A stretch of 41,316 nt of DNA from a virus, in the IMG/VR virus record IMGVR_UViG_3300045988_047412, positions 1-41,316 of that record; one strand, 5' to 3'. Below are positions 22,665 through 31,949 of the stretch, in pieces (the stretch's first letter is position 1; every line of letters begins with the position of its first letter). A program made the translations under genes and the position numbers. Under the pieces are notes generated by a model. The model worked only from the letters and a program-made list of their open reading frames with translations, searched no databases and was not told where the DNA came from.

Positions 22665-23060
22665 TTACTTGTTTTCGCCCTCGGTATTCTCCTGCGCAGA
22701 GCCAGAGGATCTCCCGCTCTGCGCTGAGATAAAAAGTTCTCCAAACGCCTCATCCGTCAGAAGTTCTGTTGCGTCCCGCATCAGTTTTGCGAGATTCAGC
22801 GTCCCCTTGTAGGCTTCTGCACTCACGCCTTCGATAGCAGAAAGGATATCGATGATATCCCCCTTATGCTGCTTGAGCAGTGCAGGGAGCGCTTTACGCG
22901 CCCGCTGCATTGCAAACTCCTTCGCCGTCATTCCCTCTGGGATCTTTTCACGCCGAAACATGGCGGAAGCCTTCTCGTCCTCTGCGATGTTGGCAATGGG
23001 GTCAATGATATCTGCGATAACATCAAACACCCGCTCGCCATGAATGTCGGAAAGTTTCAT
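22665..23060 (-). CDS. Tail assembly chaperone (G-like)
   Basis: 131 aa from MKLSDIHGERVFDVIADIIDP; acidic; between the major tail and tape measure genes. Confidence 0.65.
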   Translation of the reverse strand: MKLSDIHGERVFDVIADIIDPIANIAEDEKASAMFRREKIPEGMTAKEFAMQRARKALPALLKQHKGDIIDILSAIEGVSAEAYKGTLNLAKLMRDATELLTDEAFGELFISAQSGRSSGSAQENTEGENK

Positions 23061-23061
23061 A

Positions 23062-23646
23062 TTAGCCCTCCGCCGTACCGGCCTTAATGTAGATCTCAAA
23101 GGGGACCGTGTCCTGTGTCGCCATGGAGTAGTGGGCGGTATACTCAAATGCAAACTGCCCCTTTGCCTTGTCGCTGGTCTGCAGCTGGAAGCCGCCGGTG
23201 GACAGTGCATTCATCAGGTGGATGGCGATGAAGCCGCCATTTTTATCGCCGTTCTTGTCGGAATAGTCGCCCACCAGCCAGATGTCGGCAAAGTCGGCGT
23301 CCGACAGATCGTTTCGAGGTGTGACCTTCCCGTCGCTGGTACTCACATCGGCAGCACCGCAAAGGCTCTTTGCGATCTTGGTGTCTGCGTTGATGAACGT
23401 ACCCGCCATCTTCGCCTCCCAGGAATCCAGCCGTTTCAGCTCCTTCATGTTTTTCGGGCAGTTGTCAATGTCCTCGCCAAAGTCCGAATAGGTCGGCGTT
23501 GCGGTAAAATTCACGCCGCCGGTAGTCGCGCCGATCTGTCCCGCCTCTCCGATGGTTCCGGTGGCCGGGGTAAAATCGGTGGTCAGAATACCGGCGTTGA
23601 TCTGTAATTTCTGAAATGCGTCGGAGGGAATTTTTGTAAATCTCAT
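23062..23646 (-). CDS. Major tail protein
   Basis: 194 aa, position and size are right; MRFTKIPSDAFQKLQINAGIL... Confidence 0.7.
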   Translation of the reverse strand: MRFTKIPSDAFQKLQINAGILTTDFTPATGTIGEAGQIGATTGGVNFTATPTYSDFGEDIDNCPKNMKELKRLDSWEAKMAGTFINADTKIAKSLCGAADVSTSDGKVTPRNDLSDADFADIWLVGDYSDKNGDKNGGFIAIHLMNALSTGGFQLQTSDKAKGQFAFEYTAHYSMATQDTVPFEIYIKAGTAEG

Positions 23647-23661
23647 AGTTTCGTCCTTTCA

Positions 23662-24030
23662 TCAGTTTTGCGACAGATATTCCACCGTGATGTTGAGATA
23701 CCGCCGCTTGATGTTCTTATCGCTCTCGTCCGCGATGTTCTGGCACCACGGGGACCCGCGCTTGATCCACATCGCCCCTCCGTCATAGGGCACGAACGCG
23801 CCGCCCATGCCGATGGCGTCAGAGATTTCCTGTGCCTTGGCGTTGGGGATTGCCTCGCTTTCCGTGTAATACCAAAGGTTTACCGTCAGAGCGATTCCCC
23901 CGCTCTCCCATGACCCGGTAATCAGTTCATAGGTCAGCCACGGGAACGTCGCGTCCTCCGGCACATTAGATGTTGGGAATGCCGGAAGAAATTGAGAAAA
24001 CCACGCATGGAGCGCCTTGTCCTTTGTCAT
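23662..24030 (-). CDS. Tail completion / head-tail joining protein
   Basis: 122 aa, assigned by order in the connector gene set. Confidence 0.5.
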   Translation of the reverse strand: MTKDKALHAWFSQFLPAFPTSNVPEDATFPWLTYELITGSWESGGIALTVNLWYYTESEAIPNAKAQEISDAIGMGGAFVPYDGGAMWIKRGSPWCQNIADESDKNIKRRYLNITVEYLSQN

Positions 24031-24386
24031 TTCGGCAGCTCCTTTCGCTCCGCAGTGAAGAATTTCAGTGCCTTAATGATTGCACCTGCAGACCTCGGCG
24101 CGGCCTTTTCCTCCGGGTTTGAGGTCACGCGGTAGGTGTTGCCGGTGGACGTGTCGCGAAAATAGTCGTTATACTCGATGGGAACGGTCTTGTTGACCAG
24201 TGCGGAATACACCGAGGTCACACCCTCCTTTTCCGCCCTGCGGGCCTCCATCGAGGTGTCAAGCGCTTGATAGTTGAGGAATTCCGCGCCCTCGGCCCAC
24301 GCAACGATGTAGCCGCCTGCGCCGTCCGGAGTTCGCGTCTTTTCCATCAGCACGCATTTGCTCGCGAAATCGTCAAGTAAACTCAC
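24027..24386 (-). CDS. Head closure protein (start GTG at 24386)
   Basis: 119 aa; RBS AAGGGGGTGG; GTGA overlap with the upstream gene. Confidence 0.5.
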   Translation of the reverse strand: MSLLDDFASKCVLMEKTRTPDGAGGYIVAWAEGAEFLNYQALDTSMEARRAEKEGVTSVYSALVNKTVPIEYNDYFRDTSTGNTYRVTSNPEEKAAPRSAGAIIKALKFFTAERKELPK

Positions 24387-24817
24387 GGTTCCACCCCCTT
24401 GAGCTTCCGCCAATCATTCAATTGGCCTTTAAAAGCCCCCTGCCAGCCGTTTAACGCGTTGCCGTCGCTTCCCGCGCTGCGTTTGGTGTAAGAATAGCCC
24501 CCGAAGCTCTCGCTTTGATACGGGCTTGCAACGGCATCCCCGTTCTTTTCTTCCCACGCGGCGATATCTTCGGCAAGGGAAACAACAGCCTTTGGCACCG
24601 CCAGCACCCACACCGTCCCGGTAAAGGTTTCATCCGTCAGGTCATCCGCCGGATACTGGTGCAGGCCATCGTTGAACACGGAACCGCAGATTCGGAAATA
24701 TTGATTGGTTTGGAGAAAGGGCAGCGTAATGCTGCCATTCTCCACGGTGAACGTGCCCTCGTGAATGTCCACAAGGAACCAGTTGTTCAAGTGCCGTAAG
24801 ACCTGTTCAAGCATCAC
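24383..24817 (-). CDS. Head-tail connector / adaptor protein
   Basis: 144 aa, directly downstream of the major capsid gene. Confidence 0.5.
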   Translation of the reverse strand: MMLEQVLRHLNNWFLVDIHEGTFTVENGSITLPFLQTNQYFRICGSVFNDGLHQYPADDLTDETFTGTVWVLAVPKAVVSLAEDIAAWEEKNGDAVASPYQSESFGGYSYTKRSAGSDGNALNGWQGAFKGQLNDWRKLKGVEP

Positions 24818-24830
24818 GCTGCCCCCCTAT

Positions 24831-25733
24831 TTAGCCCGCACCGGCCACCGAAACGGTAGCCACGGCAATGCCGTCCAGATACTCAGCCCACAGCTTCATG
24901 CCCATGATGGCGTACATATCGCCGGTGGCGCGGCTGTAATCGCCGTCCACGTGGACGCCGATCAGATTGGTCTCGCCCTTCACGGTGTAGTTCAGGCCCA
25001 GCTTGGCAAAGTCGCTGTCGCTGGGGTCCACATAGTACAGGTCGATGTTTTCCACGGGCAGAGCAATCACCTTCTTGGAGGCAATGTACTTCTCAGGCAG
25101 CAGGAACAGAGTGCGGTAGCCCATGAAGTTCTCCACGTAGTTGATGCCGAACATGGTCTGCACGGTGATCTCCTTGTCGCCCAGGTAATCGTAAGCGTCG
25201 ATGATGTTGGCAAAGCCCACAACCTCGGTCACGTCCTTGTCCAGACCGGCAAACTTGTCCAGCACCTTGCCCTTAGCCATGGCCAGAGCGCGCTGCCACG
25301 TCTTCTCGGTCACCTTCAAAGTGCCGGTACCGAGGAAGGTGTAGAAGTCGGTCAGGACCTTGTTCTGCAGGGCCACGAGGAAAGCCTCGTCAGTCTTCTC
25401 CACGGCAACATCAGCGCCGTACTTTGCCACGCTCTCGATGGTCACGCTCTTGGCATACTTGTCAATGTCGATATCGCCATAGGCAACAGGCTCCACCTTC
25501 ATCTTGGTGAAGGGGATCTCGTCACCCTCAGCCACAGTGCCGCCCTTGAGACCGCCGTCCACGCTGGCCTTGTAGGAAACCAGCTTCGTGCCGGGGGCCT
25601 TGCGGATGGGACGCATGATGCCCATGATGTTCCGCAATGCGTCCCAGTTATCGGCGAAGCGGGACACGAAATCCACCTCACGGGCGGAAGTGGTAAACTG
25701 TGCAGAAGTTGTTACGTTAGTTTTCGCAGCCAT
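24831..25733 (-). CDS. Major capsid protein
   Basis: 300 aa; follows the scaffold gene; composition and length are typical of SPP1-like HK97-fold capsids. Confidence 0.8.
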   Translation of the reverse strand: MAAKTNVTTSAQFTTSAREVDFVSRFADNWDALRNIMGIMRPIRKAPGTKLVSYKASVDGGLKGGTVAEGDEIPFTKMKVEPVAYGDIDIDKYAKSVTIESVAKYGADVAVEKTDEAFLVALQNKVLTDFYTFLGTGTLKVTEKTWQRALAMAKGKVLDKFAGLDKDVTEVVGFANIIDAYDYLGDKEITVQTMFGINYVENFMGYRTLFLLPEKYIASKKVIALPVENIDLYYVDPSDSDFAKLGLNYTVKGETNLIGVHVDGDYSRATGDMYAIMGMKLWAEYLDGIAVATVSVAGAG

Positions 25734-25753
25734 AAATAGCTCCTTTCAAAAAA

Positions 25754-26377
25754 TCAGTTGTTTTCGCTTGCCATCAGATCGGCAAGTGCTTTCTGGCGCT
25801 CCGCCGTAGACATTACATAGCGGCCCTTATCGTCCTTCTTGTAAATGTCCTCGCGGGTCTTTGCGCCGCCGGTGTTTGCCGGGGGATTGGCGGGATTCGC
25901 GCCCTTTGTCTGCGTGGTGGAGACCAGCCCCTTGTAGGTGCCGTCTACGAGCGCATCAAGGGCCTTGGTGTCCTTGATCTTCTCGCCGTCCAGCTCCAAT
26001 GCGGCCATTTCCTCGCCGCAGCCACGCATGGCAAGGTCCAAATTCGCGCCGGTAATGTTTTTGCTCTCAAAGTAAGCGCGCACGGCCTTTTCCTTTGCCG
26101 CCTTGCTTTCCTTTGCCGTGACGTCGGATTTGTAAGTTTCAAAGGCCGAGTGTTCCTTCTCGTACTTTTCCTTATAGCCGCCGTCACCCGCTGCCTTGAG
26201 GTCGTCCAATTCCTTCTGGACGCTGGGCAGCTTTTCCGCGTCCGCCTTGTACTTCGTGAGATCGTCCTTGAGGGGGTCAACCACGCCCAGATGCAGCGCA
26301 ACCAAGCGATTTTCGATCTCTTCGGTGCAAGCTTCACCGAGAATATTTCTAATTTCCGCTCTCGTAAATTTCGCCAT
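25754..26377 (-). CDS. Scaffolding protein
   Basis: 207 aa from MAKFTRAEIRNILG; highly charged helical KE-rich sequence; immediately upstream of the capsid gene. Confidence 0.7.
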   Translation of the reverse strand: MAKFTRAEIRNILGEACTEEIENRLVALHLGVVDPLKDDLTKYKADAEKLPSVQKELDDLKAAGDGGYKEKYEKEHSAFETYKSDVTAKESKAAKEKAVRAYFESKNITGANLDLAMRGCGEEMAALELDGEKIKDTKALDALVDGTYKGLVSTTQTKGANPANPPANTGGAKTREDIYKKDDKGRYVMSTAERQKALADLMASENN

Positions 26378-26460
26378 GTTTTTCGTTCTCCTTTTCCTTG
26401 GCCCCAATTCTTCGGGGGCGAACGTTGTATAAAAACCGCTGTACCTCGCGGGTTTTACCT

Positions 26461-26504
26461 AAAACAAAAGAGCCAACCACCGAGAAAAACTCGGTAGCTG
26501 GCTC
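26461..26504 (-). terminator. Intrinsic terminator inside the head module
   Basis: Minus strand: GAGCCA-gcta-CCGAG-ttttt-CTCGG-tggt-TGGCTC then TTTTGTTTT. Confidence 0.6.
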
Positions 26505-26527
26505 CTATTGCCCTTTCCCGCGCCCTA

Positions 26528-26659
26528 TTACGCGGAAGTTGAATATTTGATTGTCTTTTTTACCTCTAATACGATATACCCGTCGCCCTTGCGCCGGATC
26601 TCCGCGTCATTGCCGCGCCGTATAATGGCCTCGATGGCCTTGATGGTCTCGTTATCCAT
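26528..26659 (-). CDS. 43-aa hypothetical protein
   Basis: MDNETIKAIEAIIRRGNDAEIRRKGDGYIVLEVKKTIKYSTSA; overlaps the stop of the gp10-like gene by 8 nt. Confidence 0.45.
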   Translation of the reverse strand: MDNETIKAIEAIIRRGNDAEIRRKGDGYIVLEVKKTIKYSTSA

Positions 26660-27056
26660 TTTTCAGCTCGCTTTCCAGAATGTCCCGATACTGTCCCACA
26701 TGGTCGGCGGCAGCAGGTTTCAGAAATGGTTTTGCCTTGTTGCCGCGCGTGTAATGCCAGTTGCCTTTCGCATCCTGATACACCCACGGCGTAGGCCGTC
26801 CTCCTCCGCCTTCGGCGTAAATGCCCGTGCCAAGTTCAACGTAAGGCGCATACTCAACATTTGTCCCAATATATACCGCAGGTTCATCTTCGTCCACAAC
26901 ATGAGTAATGCTATTCCTAAGATTGCCCGTATCTGGTATTTGCAGTTTTTTCGCATATCCCTCTGCCACCAGCCCGATCTTTTCAAGGCCCCGCAGCAGT
27001 GCCGCCTTGATTTCAGCGGAAACCTCCGCACTGTGGTCTTGGATCTCAATGTTCAT
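26652..27056 (-). CDS. HK97 gp10-family protein
   Basis: 134 aa from MNIEIQDHSAE; IPDTGNLRNSITHVV...VYIGTNVEYAPYVELGTG matches the gp10-family signature. Confidence 0.65.
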   Translation of the reverse strand: MNIEIQDHSAEVSAEIKAALLRGLEKIGLVAEGYAKKLQIPDTGNLRNSITHVVDEDEPAVYIGTNVEYAPYVELGTGIYAEGGGGRPTPWVYQDAKGNWHYTRGNKAKPFLKPAAADHVGQYRDILESELKNG

Positions 27057-27057
27057 A

Positions 27058-27234
27058 TTACGCCTGTCTACTCTGTGTCTCCAATATTTTCTTGGCAATT
27101 GTTGCCATCATGCGGTCGTTATCACATTCACCGTCAAAGTCATGCATTATGGGATCGTTTTCGTCATATGGCTCATGATGCTTTAAATACTCCAAAAGTT
27201 CCTCACATTCTGTATCTGACAAAATGTGTGCCAT
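27058..27234 (-). CDS. 58-aa acidic hypothetical protein
   Basis: Not in the ORF track. MAHILSDTECEELLEYLKHHEPYDENDPIMHDFDGECDNDRMMATIAKKILETQSRQA; RBS GAGAGGAG; overlaps the MuF 3' end. Confidence 0.45.
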   Translation of the reverse strand: MAHILSDTECEELLEYLKHHEPYDENDPIMHDFDGECDNDRMMATIAKKILETQSRQA

Positions 27235-28789
27235 ATTTTTCGCTCCTCTCTAAAAAACTTGCTATTTCCGACACATATTCATTTGGCTTGTTTTCTTCTG
27301 CCAACCGCTTTAGTCTCGTCTGCACTTCCAAAAAGTCTTTTAAAAATAGGAACCCATCATAATCTTCCGTGCGTTGCAAGATGTAAATCGCTCCGTCATG
27401 CCCCACCACTGACATCATCTGCATATTCAAATTTGCGGCAAATATCTGCAAATCTTTTTCGGAGAATATTAGGCTATCTGGGTGGCTATGGATCGAAATG
27501 TACGGCTCATTCGGTGATAGCAGGCAAATATGATTGCGCCCGCCAACCGTGACCTCCGAAATCCTTTGCATTCGCATGTTGAAGACCGCTCCCACTTCTG
27601 TCTGAATGTCTTCCTGCTCCATTGCCTCGGTCAATATATCTTGATATGCCTCTTGCAATCGATCCGCCATTTCCTTAGTAAAACCCTGCGGTACTATTTC
27701 AGGTACGCTATCTATTGTTGTTTGTGTAATTGGGTCGACTATAACTTTCCAGCTATTATTTTCCCTTATTATACTACTATGCGGCGCAGTTTTAAAGTCT
27801 TTCCACTGTGCATAGGTCATATTAGAAACAACCTCTGTTTCGCCCGTAGACGCGTTTCTGGCGCGCCGTTGCGCGGTAGAGGTATCTACCCCGCCCACGT
27901 CCGCAATCACCGTACAGCGGCATTTATACACGAGGTAGCCGGGTGCGGAAGTGTCACCGGGGAACATGATCTCGTTACCATCGACCTTAAACGGCTTGTC
28001 AATGTCCACCGTCTGACCGTCTAACATTGCGTGGGCGTGTCTCGTTCTGCCGTCCAGCGTCGCAAGCCATTGTTTCTTGAGCTTAATGCCCATCTTCTCC
28101 GCCGCCGCGTAGCTGTCCATGCGTCCGGCGTTCTTCGCTCCGGTCACGGCAGTTCTGGCCGTGCGGATGGCGGAATCGCGGCTCATGGTGGTGATCCGCT
28201 TTTGCAGGTCATCCGCCATGTGCTTGATGCTCTTACCCTGCAAGATGGAGCTTGTGACACTGGCCGTAATTTGCTTCTTGCCGTATGCGAGATCGATCCC
28301 GCGTTTCAGTGCTCTGTCCTTTGGATAGTACGGCATCAACCCCGGCTGCTCCACGATTAGGCGTTTCACCGTCTGCTCGTCCCACAGGTCAAAGCCCACG
28401 TCCCCAGCTACACTCTCGATGGTATACGCCGCATAGTTGCGGTTGAGGGAATAGATACCAGGAGTAGCATCATTGGTGTAAGACACCGCCACAGCGTTTG
28501 CATCAGTCACGCGGTGCGCCACCTTGTCACGCATGGCTTGATAGCGTTCCCCGCGCCCGATCTGATTTAGCCGCCATTGCTTATAGTCGGCCTCCGTCCA
28601 TTCCTTACCGTTCTGCACGGTGCCGATCAGCGCCTTCATTTCCTCATCACGCTTGGCAAACTGCTCAAAATATGCGTCGATGGTCACCTGCAGCTCTTTC
28701 CCAGCCTCACGGTACAGCTTCGCAATGCGCCGTTCCAACTTCGCAAGCTCCTTGTCGGTCAGTTGATGCCCAAGATCACTGGTCGCCAT
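27203..28789 (-). CDS. Head morphogenesis protein (SPP1 gp7 / Mu F family) with a C-terminal JAB/MPN-like extension
   Basis: 528 aa; MuF core WLATLDGRTRHAHAMLDGQTV...FPGD...YKCRC. Residues about 335-528 are extra and contain E398...H434-S-H-P-x5-S-x2-D446. Confidence 0.8.
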   Translation of the reverse strand: MATSDLGHQLTDKELAKLERRIAKLYREAGKELQVTIDAYFEQFAKRDEEMKALIGTVQNGKEWTEADYKQWRLNQIGRGERYQAMRDKVAHRVTDANAVAVSYTNDATPGIYSLNRNYAAYTIESVAGDVGFDLWDEQTVKRLIVEQPGLMPYYPKDRALKRGIDLAYGKKQITASVTSSILQGKSIKHMADDLQKRITTMSRDSAIRTARTAVTGAKNAGRMDSYAAAEKMGIKLKKQWLATLDGRTRHAHAMLDGQTVDIDKPFKVDGNEIMFPGDTSAPGYLVYKCRCTVIADVGGVDTSTAQRRARNASTGETEVVSNMTYAQWKDFKTAPHSSIIRENNSWKVIVDPITQTTIDSVPEIVPQGFTKEMADRLQEAYQDILTEAMEQEDIQTEVGAVFNMRMQRISEVTVGGRNHICLLSPNEPYISIHSHPDSLIFSEKDLQIFAANLNMQMMSVVGHDGAIYILQRTEDYDGFLFLKDFLEVQTRLKRLAEENKPNEYVSEIASFLERSEKYGTHFVRYRM

Positions 28790-30131
28790 CGCCGCTCACC
28801 CCCGGCGCGTCCGGTTCTTCAAAGCTCCGGTCAAGTTCTTCTGCTGCCTTCCGCTTTGCCATGTCCTCGTACTGGTCAATGTCACCGTTGATCGTCAACA
28901 GCTTCTTTGTGATGTACTCGTCATCGTAATACGCCGCGCCCAGCAGAATGTTCTGCGTTTCCTCGCTCTTGTTGATAATCTGATTGCGCGTATAGCTCGG
29001 CTGATCCTCAATGCCTGCCAAACGCAGGATTTCAACAATAAACCGCGTTACCTCGGATTCAAACTTGTCCGTCTTCAAATCCAACGGCACATAGCTGGCC
29101 TTGATCGCGGTCGCCGTCTGGTTCCCTGCGGATACCGCCGCAGCGTCAAAGCACTGGAAATCTTCGTACAGCTTTTTCTTGAGCATATCAATGGTGCTGC
29201 TGGTGCCCTCATAGGGAGCCTCGATAGTTTTACTCTCTACCTTTGCGCCATCATCGCCATTGGCGTGGGCGACATGGGTGGTTTTCAGACGCTCAATAAA
29301 CTTTGCATCGTCCAGATCCGTCATGCCCTCGCAATTGGAAATCACCCAATAGATCAGATTGCCCTCGTCCACGTTGTTTACCATATTGGAGGACGCCAAA
29401 TCCAGCGCGTCAATGGTATTGCGCTTGCCGACGATCTCGGAGAGACACCGCTTGTTGTTTTTCAGCGGCACGATTGGGAAACTCGGATAATTCCCGCCGT
29501 CATAGATTTCGGTTTCGCCGACCTCCGCCTTGCGCTCGATCAGCTTATAACTGCGCTTCGGCTGCATGACGTCCATATCCTCGCCGCTGGGCTGGAAATA
29601 CTCGGTAAAGCCGTCAATCTCATACAGCGTCGCTCTCAACGGCTTATCCTGTGCCACCTGCCAGAACCGGATACCTGCTTTCATTGCACCGTCTTCCTCA
29701 TCGTAGAGAGGGACAAACTCAAGCAGGGAGAACACCCGCAAATGCGTCAGATCCCAGAAGCCGAAAGACACGCCTGCGATTTTCGCCTCACGCGCCGCAT
29801 CCATGACTTCCTGGTCGAAGTCCGGGCATAGCTTGTTCGGCGTTTCCTTCTCCGCGAAGGTCACGCCGTTGCCCAGAAGATACGATACCTCCTGATCCAC
29901 CGCCAGACCGAAGAACCGGCTGGCCAGCTTGTGGTTTGCCGTCCACATATCCGCGTGGGCGCGGCCCTGCATATCATAGATGATCTTTTCATAGCGGTTG
30001 ATTGTCGGATTCAGGCCGTTGTAATATTCCTCAGCATCCGCCGCCGTCTTATATGCATGGGATTCACGATGTGCGTTGATCGCACTGCGGATAAACTCCA
30101 TCCGCGCCTTTTCGTCCTCGCCCACCGCCAC
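28776..30131 (-). CDS. Portal protein
   Basis: 451 aa between terminase and MuF; SPP1 gp6-like N-terminal pattern AEEYYNGLNPTI... Confidence 0.85.
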   Translation of the reverse strand: MAVGEDEKARMEFIRSAINAHRESHAYKTAADAEEYYNGLNPTINRYEKIIYDMQGRAHADMWTANHKLASRFFGLAVDQEVSYLLGNGVTFAEKETPNKLCPDFDQEVMDAAREAKIAGVSFGFWDLTHLRVFSLLEFVPLYDEEDGAMKAGIRFWQVAQDKPLRATLYEIDGFTEYFQPSGEDMDVMQPKRSYKLIERKAEVGETEIYDGGNYPSFPIVPLKNNKRCLSEIVGKRNTIDALDLASSNMVNNVDEGNLIYWVISNCEGMTDLDDAKFIERLKTTHVAHANGDDGAKVESKTIEAPYEGTSSTIDMLKKKLYEDFQCFDAAAVSAGNQTATAIKASYVPLDLKTDKFESEVTRFIVEILRLAGIEDQPSYTRNQIINKSEETQNILLGAAYYDDEYITKKLLTINGDIDQYEDMAKRKAAEELDRSFEEPDAPGVSGDGDQ

Positions 30132-30165
30132 AAGGTCATTATATGTCTTAATCTCCGCTCACCCC

Positions 30166-31431
30166 TTATCTCAGAATGGAAACATAATCAGAGCTGTTGC
30201 GTTTGTTCCACAACCGCTTTACGATGCTGGCCGCGCTGTCCGGCGCGTCATCATGCTCCACGTTTTCGTTGTAATCGCAAATCTGGTCGATATACGCATC
30301 ATCCGTACCGGCCACAAAAACCACATTGCGCCATTCCGCTTTGAGATAGCTTGTGATTTTAAGGAACTTGTTCATGTTTTCGTGATAGGTAACGGCCCGT
30401 TCTCCCTTCGCGCGCAACGCTTTTGCCAAATAGCCCTTGTCGGCGTTGGTCTCGCAGTAAATCTCCCCAGCATTGAAGGATTTCCGAAGCCGGATAATCT
30501 CATCCATGCAATCGTCCACATGCTTGTGCCAAAGCCGCCCATAGAGGTAATATGTTGTTCCCTTCTTTCGGGCAATCGTGAACGCCGTGTAGTCATCGCC
30601 GCCGTATGCCGCGTCGATATGGCAAATGCCCTGCTCTGCAAGGCAAGGCTCCGCGCCCATTTGCGGCGTGTCAAAGATCACATCATCACTGGCAATGTGC
30701 CGCAGCTCGTAGTTTGCTGCAAACAGGGATGACGTCATAGACGATTTAATGGTTTGCAACTCATCCCCGGAGATCAACCCAGTTGAATAGCAATCGTACT
30801 TTTCGATATTCGGCATCATGGAAAACGCGTCTTCCTTGTGCCAGGGCGTTCCGGTGTTAAAAATGCGCCCGCCACGATTGCGGATATTCTGTAACTCCTG
30901 ATAGATCGTTTTTGTATGGTCTCGCTCTGCGCGGGAAATGCGATCCTGCACGTTTACAATATCGTCCGTAAATATGCGGTCAAAATGCTTGCCGGTCAAG
31001 GACCCGTTCACGCCGCACGCCACAAGCTGGCTCGTGCCCTTGTTGTCCGCTGCCAGATTCGTGGAAATCTCCGTCGCGGATACCGTTGTCAGGATCAGCG
31101 GTTTTCCGTGGATCTTCTCGCACAGTGCCTCCATGTATGGCGATAGCAGCAGATTTCGCACCTGCCGCACAACCTCTTTCACGTCCGCATCCGTTTTTCG
31201 CATAAACAGCGTTTTGAGATTCGGCAGAAGGACGATGATCTCCGCCAGCGCAATCGAAACGCACGTTGTTTTGTAGCTGCCACGATGCGCCTGCAAGGTT
31301 TTGTCCTCACTACCGCGCACCATATCCTGTATCCATGCGTTGTGCAGCGCGCCCAGCTTATCAAACCCAACGGCATGGCCGAACGCAATGGGATTATGTA
31401 TCAGCAGTTCCGCCGCTTGTATCCGCGTCAT
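30166..31431 (-). CDS. terL: Terminase large subunit
   Basis: 421 aa; LQAHRGSYKTT Walker-A-like, FMRKTDAD, C-terminal nuclease domain. Overlaps the small subunit. Confidence 0.9.
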   Translation of the reverse strand: MTRIQAAELLIHNPIAFGHAVGFDKLGALHNAWIQDMVRGSEDKTLQAHRGSYKTTCVSIALAEIIVLLPNLKTLFMRKTDADVKEVVRQVRNLLLSPYMEALCEKIHGKPLILTTVSATEISTNLAADNKGTSQLVACGVNGSLTGKHFDRIFTDDIVNVQDRISRAERDHTKTIYQELQNIRNRGGRIFNTGTPWHKEDAFSMMPNIEKYDCYSTGLISGDELQTIKSSMTSSLFAANYELRHIASDDVIFDTPQMGAEPCLAEQGICHIDAAYGGDDYTAFTIARKKGTTYYLYGRLWHKHVDDCMDEIIRLRKSFNAGEIYCETNADKGYLAKALRAKGERAVTYHENMNKFLKITSYLKAEWRNVVFVAGTDDAYIDQICDYNENVEHDDAPDSAASIVKRLWNKRNSSDYVSILR

Positions 31432-31774
31432 TCTGCATCACCATCTTCTCCAACTCGTCCAATGCAATGCCCTTCGCGTCCGTCACCGCCACGTCCACGC
31501 TGTCGCGCTGCCCCAAAAACTGTTTGCCGAGGAAGATCGCCATTGTAGCGTTCTTTTCAGCCAATCGCCATTGGCTCCGACGCAGTGAAATTTTACCCGC
31601 GCCGCGCTTTTGCTTAAATACCTCGGAGAAACTGGCATGATAGGTGCGTTTACACCAACCATCCAGTGTTTTATCGGTCACATCAAACCAACCGCAGATT
31701 TCCTCAAGCGTGCATTGCAGGCCGCAGAGGTTTTCGAACTGCTTCTGGTCTATTTCCTTTCTTGGCCTTGCCAT
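31394..31774 (-). CDS. terS: Terminase small subunit
   Basis: MARPRKEIDQKQFENLCGLQCTLEEICGWFDVTDKTLDGW HTH; RBS AAAGGAGGG. Confidence 0.8.
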   Translation of the reverse strand: MARPRKEIDQKQFENLCGLQCTLEEICGWFDVTDKTLDGWCKRTYHASFSEVFKQKRGAGKISLRRSQWRLAEKNATMAIFLGKQFLGQRDSVDVAVTDAKGIALDELEKMVMQNDADTSGGTADT

Positions 31775-31949
31775 ACGCGCCCTCCTTTCTCGCAGTCAGC
31801 TTTCTCGCCACCAATGTATGCAGGCCATTCATGGCCCCTGTAATATCGCCGGACTTAATCAGCCCGTTCAGTGTTTTCATTTGCTGTGTGGATAAATACT
31901 GCTGGTTTTTCTTCAACATCCTCCGCGCAGTCGCCTGAGCATCAGTCAT
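31704..31949 (-). CDS. Small hypothetical protein (81 aa)
   Basis: MTDAQATARRMLKKNQQYLSTQQMKTLNGLIKSGDITGAMNGL. The ATG overlaps the methylase stop; the 3' end overlaps the terS start, so the extent is uncertain. Confidence 0.4.
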   Translation of the reverse strand: MTDAQATARRMLKKNQQYLSTQQMKTLNGLIKSGDITGAMNGLHTLVARKLTARKEGAYGKAKKGNRPEAVRKPLRPAMHA

